NCBI GenBank assembly: GCA_964586775.1
Contig: CAZPJD010000225.1
Location: 464 to 64,463 of the forward strand
Length of the DNA: 64,000 nucleotides
Direction of reading: 5' to 3'
Source of the DNA: an uncultured bacterium
Lineage (GTDB): Bacteria > Lernaellota > Lernaellaia > JACKCT01
A model generated the notes under the pieces. That model saw nothing but the letters and a program-made list of their open reading frames with translations, was not told the DNA's origin and did not search any database. Shown piece by piece: positions 1 to 7,438 of the stretch (the first letter of the stretch is position 1; every line of letters begins with the position of its first letter). Both the position numbers and the translations under genes were made by a program.

Positions 1-16
1 CGGAAGGGATTTTACG

Positions 17-1492
17 TCAGGAGCGTGAACAAGATCTGGAGTCAGGTTTCTCCACCCGATACACCGCGAAGCGTCCGTCGCCCGAGCGGAAGACGCGCGT
101 GAACGCGAGGCCCAGTCGCTCGGCGGAGGGCGCGTCGGGCAGACCGAGCACCGGCGCAAAATCCACGGGGTTGTCGGGCTCGTAAGCGAGCCAGCGCGCG
201 CACGGATCGTCGAGCAGCTTTCGCAGGCCGGCCTCGTCGAACGCGCCGCCGGGCCCCGGCGCGGCCAGCACCGCGCGGCCATCGCGCAGATTCGCGTGAA
301 CGAGCAGCCACCCTTGCAGGCTCGTGCCGATCACCACGCGCTCGGGGGCTCGCGGCGTCTCGCGCAAGAACGCGGCCTGCTCCACCGCCCCGCCCGGCAC
401 GGCGAAGCGCGCGTTGTCGGCCAATGTGACGAGCGTCGAGAGCCCGATGAGGATCACCGACATCCCCGACGCGATGAACTTCTCGAACCACCGGCCGTCG
501 AGCCGCCTGGCGAGCTCCGCCGCCGCCTGCGGGATCATCATGACCACGAGCGGCATGACGTACTTGGTCTCGTTCGCGCCCATCGCGCCGCGCAGGGCCT
601 GCGTCTCGAAGACCGCGAAGGTCCACGCCGCGCTCGCCATCAGCGCCCACGCCCGGCGCGCGCGACGCAGCGTGATGAACGCGGCGAGGCCCAGCAACGC
701 CGTGGGCAGCGGCGCGTCATGCGCGAGCACCGCGGGCCACGCGATCGCCCGCTCAAAAAGCGATTTGTCCGCCATGTGGATCGCCGACACGCCCTGCGAG
801 ATGCGCAGGAAGTTCAGCGGATCGCCGGTCCGCGTCCATTGCCACGCGCACCACGTGGCGGGGAACGCCGCGCACGCGGCGACGAAGGCGAGCCCCTTGC
901 TGCGCCCGCGCCATAGCGCGAGCGCGCCGAGAATCGGCAGGGCGGCCCAGATCTCGAAGCGCGTGGCCGCCGCGACGGTGAACGCGAACCCGGCGATGGC
1001 CGCGGGCGCGACGCGCTCGGGATTCGTCCACCACGCGTCCCACGCCAAAAACGCGGCCATGACGATCGCGGCGTAGGGCATCATGTCGAGCCCGACGACC
1101 GAAAGGCGGATGCCGTGAGGGTGCGCCGTGAGCAGCACGAGGGCCAGCACGGCCTCGCGCACGCCGAAGATCCGCCGCGCGAGGAGGGCTACGATCCAAA
1201 ACAGCGCGAATGACGATATGAGCGAGAGCACGCGCGGAGCGAGGATTGGATCGGGAACGGCGGCCATGATCGCGGCGGTGAGGTAGTAGCCGACGGGGCC
1301 GTAGGCGGCGTCGGGCACCACCTCGAAATTCGCGAGCCAACGCTCGACGAAGAGGCCGCGGTCGTAAGCGTTGTGATGAAAGTCGATGCCGTTGTCCGAC
1401 GCGGCGAACACCGCGAGACGCACCGCAACGTAAACGGCGAAGACGACGAACGGCGCGACGCGCCAACCCCGCCAATTCTCGTCCGGCAGCAT
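17..1492 (-). CDS. Polytopic membrane protein, putative GT-C-fold glycosyltransferase (ArnT/PMT-like)
   Basis: 491-aa ORF with ATG at 1490-1492. Many hydrophobic helices fill the first ~380 aa, followed by a soluble C-terminal domain. Sits 19 nt upstream of rfbD on the same strand. The architecture resembles ArnT/PMT_2-type enzymes, but no decisive catalytic motif was verified. Confidence 0.45.
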   Translation of the reverse strand: MLPDENWRGWRVAPFVVFAVYVAVRLAVFAASDNGIDFHHNAYDRGLFVERWLANFEVVPDAAYGPVGYYLTAAIMAAVPDPILAPRVLSLISSFALFWIVALLARRIFGVREAVLALVLLTAHPHGIRLSVVGLDMMPYAAIVMAAFLAWDAWWTNPERVAPAAIAGFAFTVAAATRFEIWAALPILGALALWRGRSKGLAFVAACAAFPATWCAWQWTRTGDPLNFLRISQGVSAIHMADKSLFERAIAWPAVLAHDAPLPTALLGLAAFITLRRARRAWALMASAAWTFAVFETQALRGAMGANETKYVMPLVVMMIPQAAAELARRLDGRWFEKFIASGMSVILIGLSTLVTLADNARFAVPGGAVEQAAFLRETPRAPERVVIGTSLQGWLLVHANLRDGRAVLAAPGPGGAFDEAGLRKLLDDPCARWLAYEPDNPVDFAPVLGLPDAPSAERLGLAFTRVFRSGDGRFAVYRVEKPDSRSCSRS

Positions 1493-1511
1493 TACGCCAT
1501 CCCGGCCCGGG

Positions 1512-2372
1512 TCATGCGGGCGATCCGGTGAGGTGATCGCGCAGCGCCTCGCGCCACGGGCGCATCGCGTATCCGGTCTCGCGCGTGAACCGCGAGCCGT
1601 CGAGCACCGAGTAGGCTGGGCGTTTCGCCTTGGTGGGATAGCGATCGCTCGAGCAGGCGACGACCTCGACGCCGTCGATGCCCGCGAATTCCACCACCGC
1701 GCACGCGAGGTCGTACCACGTCGCGAGCCCGGCGTTGACGATGTGGTAGATGCCCGACCCGTGGCCGTGCAGGACGCGCACGATCGCCTCGGCGAGATCC
1801 GCCGCGTAAGTGGGGCAGCCCGTTTGATCGTTCACCACCTCGAGCCGCGCCTGCTCGCGCGCCTTGCGCCGGATGGTGTCGACGAAGTTGCGTCCCAATC
1901 GCCCGTAGAGCCACGCCGTGCGGACGATGACCGCGTTTTGTGCGCCCGCGTCCATCACCGCGCGCTCGCCGTCGAGTTTCGATTGCGCGTAGATCGAAAT
2001 GGGATTCGGCAGGACGTCTTCCGTGATCGGCGCACTCGCCGTTCCGTCGAACACGTAGTCGGTGGAGATGTGCACCAAACGCCCGCTCTTTTTCGCGCAC
2101 GCGCGGGCGAGATGAGCCGGGATATCGACGTTGGCGCGCCTGGCGGCGTCGAGATTCGCCGGGTCTTCCGCGCCCTCGACGTCGGTGTATCCGGCGCAAT
2201 TGATGACCACGCCGGGCCGCAGGTCGTCCATCAACCAAGCGACGGTTTTCTCGTCGGCGAGGTCGCCGTCGGCGAGGTCCCATTCGACGGCGTTGTGACG
2301 ATAGTGTCGCAGCGCGAGAACCACCGCCCGCCCCAGCATGCCCCGCGATCCCGTGACCAGAACCCGCGTCAT
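1512..2372 (-). CDS. rfbD: dTDP-4-dehydrorhamnose reductase
   Basis: 286 aa. Rossmann start VLVTGSRGMLG, then INCAGYTDVEGAE, HISTDYVFDG and YAQSK (YxxxK), all typical of the RmlD family. ATG at 2370-2372, TGA at 1512-1514. Confidence 0.88.
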   Translation of the reverse strand: MTRVLVTGSRGMLGRAVVLALRHYRHNAVEWDLADGDLADEKTVAWLMDDLRPGVVINCAGYTDVEGAEDPANLDAARRANVDIPAHLARACAKKSGRLVHISTDYVFDGTASAPITEDVLPNPISIYAQSKLDGERAVMDAGAQNAVIVRTAWLYGRLGRNFVDTIRRKAREQARLEVVNDQTGCPTYAADLAEAIVRVLHGHGSGIYHIVNAGLATWYDLACAVVEFAGIDGVEVVACSSDRYPTKAKRPAYSVLDGSRFTRETGYAMRPWREALRDHLTGSPA

Positions 2373-2660
2373 GACCTCACCGCATCCCGCGTCATGGCCT
2401 CACCGCGCCGCGCTTCATCGCGCCCCCGCGCCCGTTCGTGTTTCGAATGCCCGAAAGTCGTCGCGATTATAGTTCATCGCGTGGATTTTGCACGGTGGTT
2501 TCGCGACGATCGATCCGCGCTCCAGGTGATCGATGACTTCCCGCGGGTCCGGCACATCGCCCCTATCGCCACGTACGTCCGTTATGCTAGTTTTGAACGC
2601 CTGTTCGACGACGCGAGTGATGAACCGGGTCGTCCCCCTGCGCGGATGGAGGATGTTGTC

Positions 2661-4712
2661 ATGTCCCGCAAAGCGGCGGCGCTGGCCGTCATGTTGACCG
2701 TTCTGGCCGTGTGCGCGGCCGTTTTCCTGGCGTCGCCCCGGGACGACCTCGCGGCGGCGGACGTTTTCGCCAACGGCGCGATCGGCCCGCACGCGATGGA
2801 CCCCGTCCACCCGGTCGTGTTGCCCGCTCCCCAGTGGCCGCCGCGCGTCGTGAGCGCGTTTCCCAACACGTCGTACTTCTACGCCTTCGACAAGATCTAC
2901 CTGTTCGGCTACATCGATGGCACGACCTACACGCTCTACAACGCGGGCGGATCGCCGATCCAGAGCGGCACGCTCAACGACGGCGAGCACGTCGAGTTCG
3001 CCATCCTCACGGGTGTGTATCGCCTCGACGCCTCTGACCTGATCGCCGTGCTCGTGGGCAACGCCGACAACAACATCGTCGGTTACTACGCCGTCAACGA
3101 ACACTCGCTCGCCGTGGGCAACAAGTTCTACAGCTACCAGTACGCCAGCGGCCCCGACATGAAGCAGATCGCGTTCGCCTATCAGAACGGCACGACGATC
3201 CAGGCGTTCAACATGAACACCGGCGCTTCGCTCGGCACCACCACGATCAACGCGGGCGAGCACTGGGTGCTCAACACCGTTGCGAGCCGAAACAAGTACA
3301 TCAAGACGATCGCCGACAAGCCGATCTCGATCCTGAATTTCAGCGACATCGGTTACGCCGTGCCCGCGTCGACGGGCCTGTTCTCGGGCAAGCTCTTCCT
3401 GGGATACGCGGGATCGACGAGCGGCGACGGCGACGTGGTCGTGTCGAGCTTTACCGACGGCAACACCGTGACCGTGACGAACTCCACCACGAACGCCGTC
3501 ATCTTCACCGGCACGCTCGATCGCGGCGAGATGTGGCGGCAGACCTTTGCCGACATGTACTTCAAGGTCGAGTCGTCGGCCAACGTGTCGGTGAGCGTCG
3601 TGCCCTACATCGGCGCGGCGGGCGATTACCACTACATGTCCATCGCGTCGGACGACGTGGGCACGCGCATCGGCATCGATTTCTACTTCACCACCGTGAA
3701 CGGCCAGATCGACGTCTTCGCGTACGAGGACGCGACCAACGTCACCGTCACGGATACGCGCGGCACGGTGGACCCCGGCGACGACCTCGTGGCGTGGTCG
3801 GGCGCGCTCGATCAGGGCGGCCACCAGATGGTGACGTCGTACATGACGCAGTGGCACGTCGCGGCCGACAAAGGCGTGTCGGTGTTCACGAGCTTCGGAA
3901 CGCAGGCGGGTTCGGAGTTCATCCCGCTCTACGGCATCATCCTCGAGTGCGACAACGACGGCGACGGCCACGACGGGCCGCAGTGCGACGGCGACGATTG
4001 CAACGACTGGGACGACACGATCTATCCCGGCGCCGAGGAGATCAACTGCGATCGCATCGATCAGGACTGCGACGGAGAGGACCAGTGCCTGTGCGAAGGT
4101 CCCGAAGACTGCGACGACGGCATCTTCTGCAACGGCGCGGAAGAGTGCGACACGCAGACCGGGCTTTGCGGGCCGGGCGATTTCCCGTGTCCCGACGACG
4201 GCCTGTATTGCACCGGCCGCGAGCAGTGCAACGAAACGACGGACACGTGCGAGCAAAAGCAGGTGCCGAACTGCCCGGACGACGGCGCGTACTGCAACGG
4301 CGACGAGCTGTGTGACGAAGACCTCGACATGTGCGGTCACACCGGCAATCCGTGCCCCGACGACGGAGTGTTCTGCAACGGCTACGAGGAGTGCAACGAG
4401 CTGTCCGACCTGTGCGAGACGAACGTCGTGTGTGAAGACGACGGCGCGTTCTGCAACGGCGCGGAGACGTGCAACGAAGAGGCCCAGACCTGCGACCACG
4501 AGGGCAATCCCTGCCCCTCGGGCGAAATCTGTCTGGAAGACACGGACGAGTGCCTCGCCGGGGACGATGACGACATCGAGCCGCCGGCCGACGATGACGA
4601 AGAAGATCCCGGTCCGACGCCCGCCGGCGAAAAGGAAGAGGATGCGGGCTGGCCCGAGGGTCAGGTGACCGGCGGCTGCTGCGGTTGCGGAGACAACGGC
4701 ACGGACGACTGA
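2661..4712 (+). CDS. Secreted repeat protein with MopE-type and Myxococcus-type cysteine-rich repeats and an acidic Cys-rich C-terminus
   Basis: The real start is an internal ATG (MSRKAAALAVMLTVLAVCAAVFLA, a signal/anchor) within track ORF 1533-4712. About four beta-rich internal repeats of the form xTxVTVTDxxG...GxLxxGE. One CDGDDCNDWDDTIYPGAEEINCDRIDQDCDG motif. Five C(P/D/E)DDGxxC(N/T)GxExC modules. Tail is DDDDIEPPADDDEEDP...GGCCGCGDNGTDD. Confidence 0.75.
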   Translation: MSRKAAALAVMLTVLAVCAAVFLASPRDDLAAADVFANGAIGPHAMDPVHPVVLPAPQWPPRVVSAFPNTSYFYAFDKIYLFGYIDGTTYTLYNAGGSPIQSGTLNDGEHVEFAILTGVYRLDASDLIAVLVGNADNNIVGYYAVNEHSLAVGNKFYSYQYASGPDMKQIAFAYQNGTTIQAFNMNTGASLGTTTINAGEHWVLNTVASRNKYIKTIADKPISILNFSDIGYAVPASTGLFSGKLFLGYAGSTSGDGDVVVSSFTDGNTVTVTNSTTNAVIFTGTLDRGEMWRQTFADMYFKVESSANVSVSVVPYIGAAGDYHYMSIASDDVGTRIGIDFYFTTVNGQIDVFAYEDATNVTVTDTRGTVDPGDDLVAWSGALDQGGHQMVTSYMTQWHVAADKGVSVFTSFGTQAGSEFIPLYGIILECDNDGDGHDGPQCDGDDCNDWDDTIYPGAEEINCDRIDQDCDGEDQCLCEGPEDCDDGIFCNGAEECDTQTGLCGPGDFPCPDDGLYCTGREQCNETTDTCEQKQVPNCPDDGAYCNGDELCDEDLDMCGHTGNPCPDDGVFCNGYEECNELSDLCETNVVCEDDGAFCNGAETCNEEAQTCDHEGNPCPSGEICLEDTDECLAGDDDDIEPPADDDEEDPGPTPAGEKEEDAGWPEGQVTGGCCGCGDNGTDD

Positions 4713-4742
4713 ACGTCAGCCGAATTCGACTCGATCGAAGAG

Positions 4743-4774
4743 ACGGCGTCCCCTTGGGGCCGCCGTTTCCTTTG
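4743..4774. terminator. Candidate bidirectional intrinsic terminator between convergent genes
   Basis: Hairpin ACGGCG-t-CCCC tt GGGG-c-CGCCGT followed by TTCCTTTG. Lies between the stop at 4712 (+) and the stop at 4785 (-). Confidence 0.4.
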
Positions 4775-4784
4775 AGAGCGGCGA

Positions 4785-5771
4785 CTACAAATCCAGCACC
4801 GTCTTAAAGTGCTCGTAGATCTTGCGGTTCGCGTACGATGGAAATCCGATCGAGGTGTAGTGCGTGAGCGGCATGAAGTGGACCGTGGGCTTGCCGTAGG
4901 TGTCGCGCGTTTTCAGCACGAGCTCGCGCGGGATGATGTCGTCGATCGCGCCGTTCACCATCACGAGCCGCGCGGGGTCGATGCGGTCGGCGTAGCGCGC
5001 GGGGTCAACGGGGCCAAAGGCCGGCTCCACCGCGGCGCGAAGCTGCGCGGGCGTGATGTTCTCGCGCTCCATCACCGCGTCGCGCAGCTTGTACACGCGT
5101 GAAAACCCGCTCTCGGCCACGATGTCGGACAGGTGCGCGCCGGTGACCAGAAACCCCGCCGCCTCGACACGCCCGTCGGATTCCATCGTCAGCGCGCCGA
5201 TGATGCCGCCGAGCGAAATGCCCATCACGGCCGTCTTGTTCTTGTCCACGTATGGCAGCGTGTCGAGGTAATCGATCGCCCGGCGCGCGTCGATCACCGC
5301 CTGCCGAATCTGCATGGCGCTGTATTCGAGCGGCTTGTCAGGCTTAAAAAACGTTTCGCGCCGACGCAGCGCGATGACCGTGAAACCGCGTTCGGCGAAA
5401 TACTCGGCGTAGGGTTTGACGATATCATAGGGACCGCCCGTCGGCGGCAGCAGCACCAGCGCGGGAGTCTGCTTGTTCTCGTCCTTGGGCGAATAGAAAA
5501 ACGCCTTCGCGTTCTTCTCCTTCATCTTCTCCATGTCGCGCGCGCGCCATTTGAGGCCGCGTTCGACGTATTTGCCGTGGTCCTTCGTCTTGCCATCGAT
5601 GACGGGCGCAATCGGGTTCGCGCGGTCGTAGGCGAACTCGGGAATCTCCTCGCGCGCGAGCGCCGGCGGCGACGCGGCCATCGTCCCCTCGAAGCGGTAC
5701 GTGGCGCATCCCGACGCGAGCGCGGCAACGGCGAGCGCGAAGACGAACGAAACTCCCGCAAGACGGCGCAT
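4785..5771 (-). CDS. Alpha/beta hydrolase lipoprotein (dienelactone hydrolase-like)
   Basis: 328 aa. Signal peptide plus lipobox (FALAVAALASGC). Nucleophile elbow GISLGG. Overall alpha/beta hydrolase layout. Confidence 0.7.
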   Translation of the reverse strand: MRRLAGVSFVFALAVAALASGCATYRFEGTMAASPPALAREEIPEFAYDRANPIAPVIDGKTKDHGKYVERGLKWRARDMEKMKEKNAKAFFYSPKDENKQTPALVLLPPTGGPYDIVKPYAEYFAERGFTVIALRRRETFFKPDKPLEYSAMQIRQAVIDARRAIDYLDTLPYVDKNKTAVMGISLGGIIGALTMESDGRVEAAGFLVTGAHLSDIVAESGFSRVYKLRDAVMERENITPAQLRAAVEPAFGPVDPARYADRIDPARLVMVNGAIDDIIPRELVLKTRDTYGKPTVHFMPLTHYTSIGFPSYANRKIYEHFKTVLDL

Positions 5772-5855
5772 GGGTGATCCCCCGAATGTGCGCGCACGTT
5801 AGCAAAGGAACGCGCCCGGCGACAACCGACGCGCGGTCCGCCGTGTCGATTCGCG

Positions 5856-5885
5856 TTGACACCGAAAAAACGCGCGTGATATGAA
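5856..5885 (+). promoter_or_regulatory. Candidate sigma70-type promoter for parA
   Basis: TTGACA at 5856-5861, an 18-nt spacer, then TGaTATGAA (extended -10-like) at 5877-5885. About 37 nt upstream of the parA ATG at 5922. Confidence 0.35.
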
Positions 5886-5921
5886 TCGCCGTCTTTCCTC
5901 TCCGGCGGGATTTTCCAGAGC

Positions 5922-6725
5922 ATGGCGGTCATCTCGATCACCAATCAAAAGGGCGGTGTCGGCAAAACGACCACGGCGATCAACCTGGGCGCCGGGCTCG
6001 CCCGCAAGGGCCTGCGCGTGCTGATCGTCGATCTCGACGCCCAGTGCAACGCCACGCAGTTCCTGTACCGCCGACTCGAGGATGACGAGCCGGGCGTGTG
6101 CGAGGCGCTGCTCGAGGAACGCCCCCTCGCAAAGATCGTCGTGAAGACCAATGTGGAGGGCCTCGATCTCGCCCCCGCCGGCGAAAGTCTCGCCAACGCC
6201 GATCTCAACCTCGCGAGCCTGATGGGGCGCGAGCGCTACCTGGCGAATCTGCTGGAAGACAAGACCCTGCGCGCGTACGACCACATCCTCATCGACACCG
6301 GCCCCTATCTGGGGCTGCTCACCATCAACGCCTTCGTCGCCTCCGACGCGCTGATCGTGCCGGTGAGCTGCGAATATCTGCCGCTCCTCGGGCTCAAGTT
6401 CCTGCTCGAAACCGTGGACAAGGTGAAACGCAAGCTGCACCCCGATCTCGAGATCCTGGGATTCCTGCTGACCATGGTGGACCGGCGCGAAAAAATCACG
6501 GGCGAGGTCGAGCAGGTGATGGCGAGCCGGTTCGGGGATCGGTTGTTTCAGACCCGGATTCGGATTAATACCAAGCACAAGAGCGCGCCGCACGCCCGGG
6601 AGACGATCTTCCAGTATGAGGGTTCAGCCTCGGGGAAAGGGACGCAGGATTTTGCGGCCCTGACCGAAGAGGTGCTCGCGCGTCTCGATGGAGGCAAGAC
6701 CCGTCATGGCCAAAAAGCCCGGTAG
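5922..6725 (+). CDS. parA: ParA/Soj-family ATPase (orphan; no ParB in the window)
   Basis: 267 aa. Deviant Walker A NQKGGVGKTTT, then LIVDLDAQ and ILIDTGP (Walker B). Soj-like throughout. Confidence 0.9.
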   Translation: MAVISITNQKGGVGKTTTAINLGAGLARKGLRVLIVDLDAQCNATQFLYRRLEDDEPGVCEALLEERPLAKIVVKTNVEGLDLAPAGESLANADLNLASLMGRERYLANLLEDKTLRAYDHILIDTGPYLGLLTINAFVASDALIVPVSCEYLPLLGLKFLLETVDKVKRKLHPDLEILGFLLTMVDRREKITGEVEQVMASRFGDRLFQTRIRINTKHKSAPHARETIFQYEGSASGKGTQDFAALTEEVLARLDGGKTRHGQKAR

Positions 6726-7374
6726 CAAAGGCTTCGATTCCATCTTCGACGCGACCGACGCCAAGTCGGCCAAGTCGGCGCGCGCGCGCCGGACGACCGC
6801 CAAGTCGACCCCGCCGGCCGCGTCCGCCGCGTCTGCCGCCCACGCGGCCGAGGCCAAGCCCGCGAACGGCAACGGCAACGGCAACGGATTCGAGCCCTAC
6901 GAACTCGATCGCTTCTCGGTGGTGAAAACCCTGCTCAAGACGCACGAAGACGAGGTGATCTACCGCAAGACCAAGGAAGACCGCCTGCTCATCACGGGCA
7001 TCTCCCTCGTCGCGGGCGTCGCCATCGGCGCGTTCCTCATCCGCGCTTTGTGCGGTGGCTGCGCGGGAAGCTGGATCTATTCGTTCCTCTTCCGCGTCTT
7101 TTTCTCGCTCATGGTCGGCCTCACGGGCTTCACCATCGCGGCCATGATGGAACTCAACCGCACGCGCTTGCAGGACCTGCTCGCGATCGTCGTGAAGATC
7201 CACGAACAGTTCCGGCTCTTCGACGACGGCGTGTACGACAAGTCCGGCTCGGCGTTTCTGCCCAGCACCTACAAGTTCGTCGGCAGCATCAACGACGACG
7301 AGACCAACTACGCACTTCTCGTTTTGAAGGTCGCCTCGGTCATCACGGCCGTTTTCGTCCTCTTGTTCGTCTGA
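6706..7374 (+). CDS. Membrane protein with a basic ParB-like N-terminal peptide (candidate ParA partner)
   Basis: GGAGG lies 11 nt upstream of the ATG at 6706 (alternative ATG at 6688). Overlaps the parA 3' end by 20 nt. N-terminus is MAKKPGSKGFDSIFD, followed by a Lys/Arg/Ala-rich stretch, a GNGNGNG tract and about 3 TM helices. Confidence 0.6.
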   Translation: MAKKPGSKGFDSIFDATDAKSAKSARARRTTAKSTPPAASAASAAHAAEAKPANGNGNGNGFEPYELDRFSVVKTLLKTHEDEVIYRKTKEDRLLITGISLVAGVAIGAFLIRALCGGCAGSWIYSFLFRVFFSLMVGLTGFTIAAMMELNRTRLQDLLAIVVKIHEQFRLFDDGVYDKSGSAFLPSTYKFVGSINDDETNYALLVLKVASVITAVFVLLFV

Positions 7375-7395
7375 TCGCAGCGCCGCCGCCAAGGA

Positions 7396-7426
7396 CCGCC
7401 GGGCTCGATCGGGCACCGGCGGTTTT
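7396..7426 (+). terminator. Candidate intrinsic terminator or attenuator
   Basis: CCGCCGG ... CCGGCGG 7-bp stem followed by TTTT, 22 nt after the stop at 7374. Confidence 0.35.
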
Positions 7427-7438
7427 CATTGGGACGCC

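Noticed and set aside
2366-2407. 19-nt near-perfect direct repeat (CGCGTCATGACCTCACCGC / CGCGTCATGGCCTCACCGC) at the rfbD start
   Set aside because: The second ATG is out of frame with rfbD and no function is evident. It is most likely a small local duplication, too slight to report as a finding.
1533-2660. 5' 376 codons of track ORF 1533-4712
   Set aside because: This part runs antisense through rfbD and the intergenic region. A signal peptide begins only at the ATG at 2661 (or 2646), so the gene was trimmed.
6865-6887. (AACGGC)n hexanucleotide repeat encoding GNGNGNG in the ParA-partner gene
   Set aside because: It is a short in-frame simple repeat of only ~4 units. Phase or length variation is conceivable but unsupported from a single sequence.
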